From: Candidatus Latescibacterota bacterium
GTDB taxonomy: Bacteria > Latescibacterota > UBA2968
Reading direction: 5' to 3'
Assembly: GCA_965222605.1 (NCBI GenBank)
Contig: OZ244960.1
Coordinates: 224,001 to 288,000 of the forward strand
Length of the DNA: 64,000 bases
Shown in pieces: positions 62,123-64,000 of this stretch (position 1 is the stretch's first letter; every line of letters begins with the position of its first letter). The notes under the pieces are model-generated. The model was not told the origin of the DNA. It did no database searches and saw only the letters and a list, made by a program, of their open reading frames with translations. The translations under genes and the position numbers were made by a program.

Positions 62123-64000
62123 TTAAGTTGCAAATACATTAACTGAAGAGAGAATGTCTTCAGCTATGCTCTGCGGCATTTCCTCAAATTTGGAAAATTC
62201 CATCGAATAAATCGCGCGGCCCTGTGTAATAGACCGCAACCTTGTTGCATAACCAAACATCTCACTTAGCGGCACAGTGGCCGAGATAACTTGTGTATCG
62301 GGGCGGTTGACTATGCCTACAATATGCCCTCGACGCGCATTTAAGTCACCCATAACATCACCCATATAATCTTCGGGCACAACGACTTCCACATCAAAAA
62401 CAGGTTCCATAAGATAAGTTTTAGCCCTTCTGGCAGCCTCTTGAAAAGCTATTGAACCTGCAATTTTGAAGGCTATTTCAGACGAATCAACATCGTGGTA
62501 AGAACCGTTAAACAGTTCAACTTTGACGTCATCTATTGGATATCCCGCCAGGACGCCACCCGTCATCGCTTCCCGAATTCCCGCACGCACGGCAGGAATA
62601 TATTCAGACGGAATTGCACCGCCTGTAATTTTGTTTTCGAAAACAAGTCCCGTACCTGGCTTACCTGGTTCCAGGTTGATAACCACATGACCGTATTGAC
62701 CGCGACCACCACTTTGTCGAACAAAGCGCCCGTGAATATTTTGAACGGCCTTGCGGATGGCCTCTTTGTAAGTGACCTGTGGTTTGCCGACATTGGCCTC
62801 AACCCTGAATTCGCGTTTGAGACGATCCACAATAATCTCCAGGTGCAATTCACCCATTCCCGAAATAATGGTCTGTCCGGTGTCTGGATCAACAGCTACG
62901 TGAAAAGTCGGGTCTTCTTCGGTCAGCTTGCTCAACGCGACGCCAAGTTGATCCTGATCAGCCTTGGTTTTTGGCTCAATTGCCACAGAAATTACGGGCT
63001 TGGCAAATTCCATTGATTCCAATATTACAGGCTCTTTTTCATCGCACAGCGTCTCTCCTGTTGCCGTGTCTTTTAGTCCAACAACCGCTGCGATATCACC
63101 CGCGGACACCGCATCGATCTCTTCCCGCTTATTTGCGTGCATTTGCAACATACGTCCGATGCGTTCGCGCTTCCCCTTGTTGGCATTGAGAACATAAGAA
63201 CCTTTATTTAACTGACCGGAATATACGCGGAAGTAAGTCAACCGCCCGACATAGGGATCTGTCATCACTTTAAAAGCCAAAGCAGCAAAAGGCACTTCGT
63301 CGGAAACTGGACGAGAAACCCCGATGTCGAAATTTTTGAGATCGTGTCCCACAATTTCAGGGACATCGTGAGGCGAGGGCAAATATGCGATAATAGCATC
63401 TAACAAGCGCTGCACGCCTTTGTTCTTAAATGCCGACCCACAAAGCACGGGCACGGCAGCACTGTTGATTACAGCTTGGCGCAAAGCAGCTTTAATCTCT
63501 TCTTCACTGATATCTTCGCCTTCGAGAAATTTTTCCATCAAAGTGTCGTCAAAATCAGAGACAGCTTCCAGCAATTGTTCGCGGCCTTCATAGGCGCGTT
63601 CTGCCAGATCGTTTGGAATACTATCTTCCGTAAACATGGTGCCTAAAGAATCATCTTCGTAGGTCACGAGTTTCATCTTGATCAAGTCAATCAAACCCGT
63701 AAACATCTCGCCAGACCCCACAGGCAACTGAACGGGAACAAAATTGGATACCAATCTTTCACGCATCATTTCTAATACGCGGTCAAAATCGGCACCTGTG
63801 CGATCCATTTTGTTGATAAATGCAATCCGAGGTACGGAATATTTGTCTGCCTGACGCCAGACAGTTTCAGATTGGGGTTCAACGCCTCCAACTGCACAAA
63901 ACAGCCCTACAGCACCATCTAAAACGCGCAACGACCGCTCGACTTCGGCGGTAAAATCAACGTGTCCCGGCGTATCGATAATATTGATGCGATGGTCATC
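62123..64000 (-). CDS. fusA: Elongation factor G (5' partial)
   Basis: INIIDTPGH at the window edge, [20 protein letters not shown]. Confidence 0.98.
   Translation of the reverse strand, partial: DDHRINIIDTPGHVDFTAEVERSLRVLDGAVGLFCAVGGVEPQSETVWRQADKYSVPRIAFINKMDRTGADFDRVLEMMRERLVSNFVPVQLPVGSGEMFTGLIDLIKMKLVTYEDDSLGTMFTEDSIPNDLAERAYEGREQLLEAVSDFDDTLMEKFLEGEDISEEEIKAALRQAVINSAAVPVLCGSAFKNKGVQRLLDAIIAYLPSPHDVPEIVGHDLKNFDIGVSRPVSDEVPFAALAFKVMTDPYVGRLTYFRVYSGQLNKGSYVLNANKGKRERIGRMLQMHANKREEIDAVSAGDIAAVVGLKDTATGETLCDEKEPVILESMEFAKPVISVAIEPKTKADQDQLGVALSKLTEEDPTFHVAVDPDTGQTIISGMGELHLEIIVDRLKREFRVEANVGKPQVTYKEAIRKAVQNIHGRFVRQSGGRGQYGHVVINLEPGKPGTGLVFENKITGGAIPSEYIPAVRAGIREAMTGGVLAGYPIDDVKVELFNGSYHDVDSSEIAFKIAGSIAFQEAARRAKTYLMEPVFDVEVVVPEDYMGDVMGDLNARRGHIVGIVNRPDTQVISATVPLSEMFGYATRLRSITQGRAIYSMEFSKFEEMPQSIAEDILSSVNVFAT

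Noticed and set aside
1-64000. tRNA, rRNA or riboswitch genes
   Set aside because: No recognisable cloverleaf or rRNA signature in the intergenic regions; a covariance search was not possible

Overview
Bacterial chromosomal window with three zones. (1) ~1-16.5 kb is accessory and partly eroded: partial SulP/STAS, a chimeric PorV/PorQ-like ORF, a DUF6785/DUF6784-like membrane protein, a Tat phosphotriesterase-like gene, a broken MazF-type TA module, a GC-rich lyase-like gene, a solo intact tnpB, cyoE plus an ABC-2 exporter, a PKD lipoprotein and a family-B DNA polymerase. (2) 16.6-42.7 kb is a tandem array: five TPR-GWxTD secreted proteins, two blaI genes each coupled to an M56(BlaR1-like)-propeller-Ig-TlpA gene, and one M56-less lipoprotein version of that sensor. 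Three copies of one promoter are each bracketed by a pair of 16-bp imperfect palindromes. Paralogues have conserved scaffolds, hypervariable loops and mosaic sequence sharing; this array is the best candidate for an undescribed system. (3) 43-64 kb is housekeeping: galK, a galE-galT fusion, greA and the fusA-tuf-S10-spc-alpha cluster. Gene content suggests an FCB-related or Latescibacterota-like organism (inference only). No rRNA, tRNA or CRISPR array was seen. Family calls come from motif recognition by eye, not database searches.
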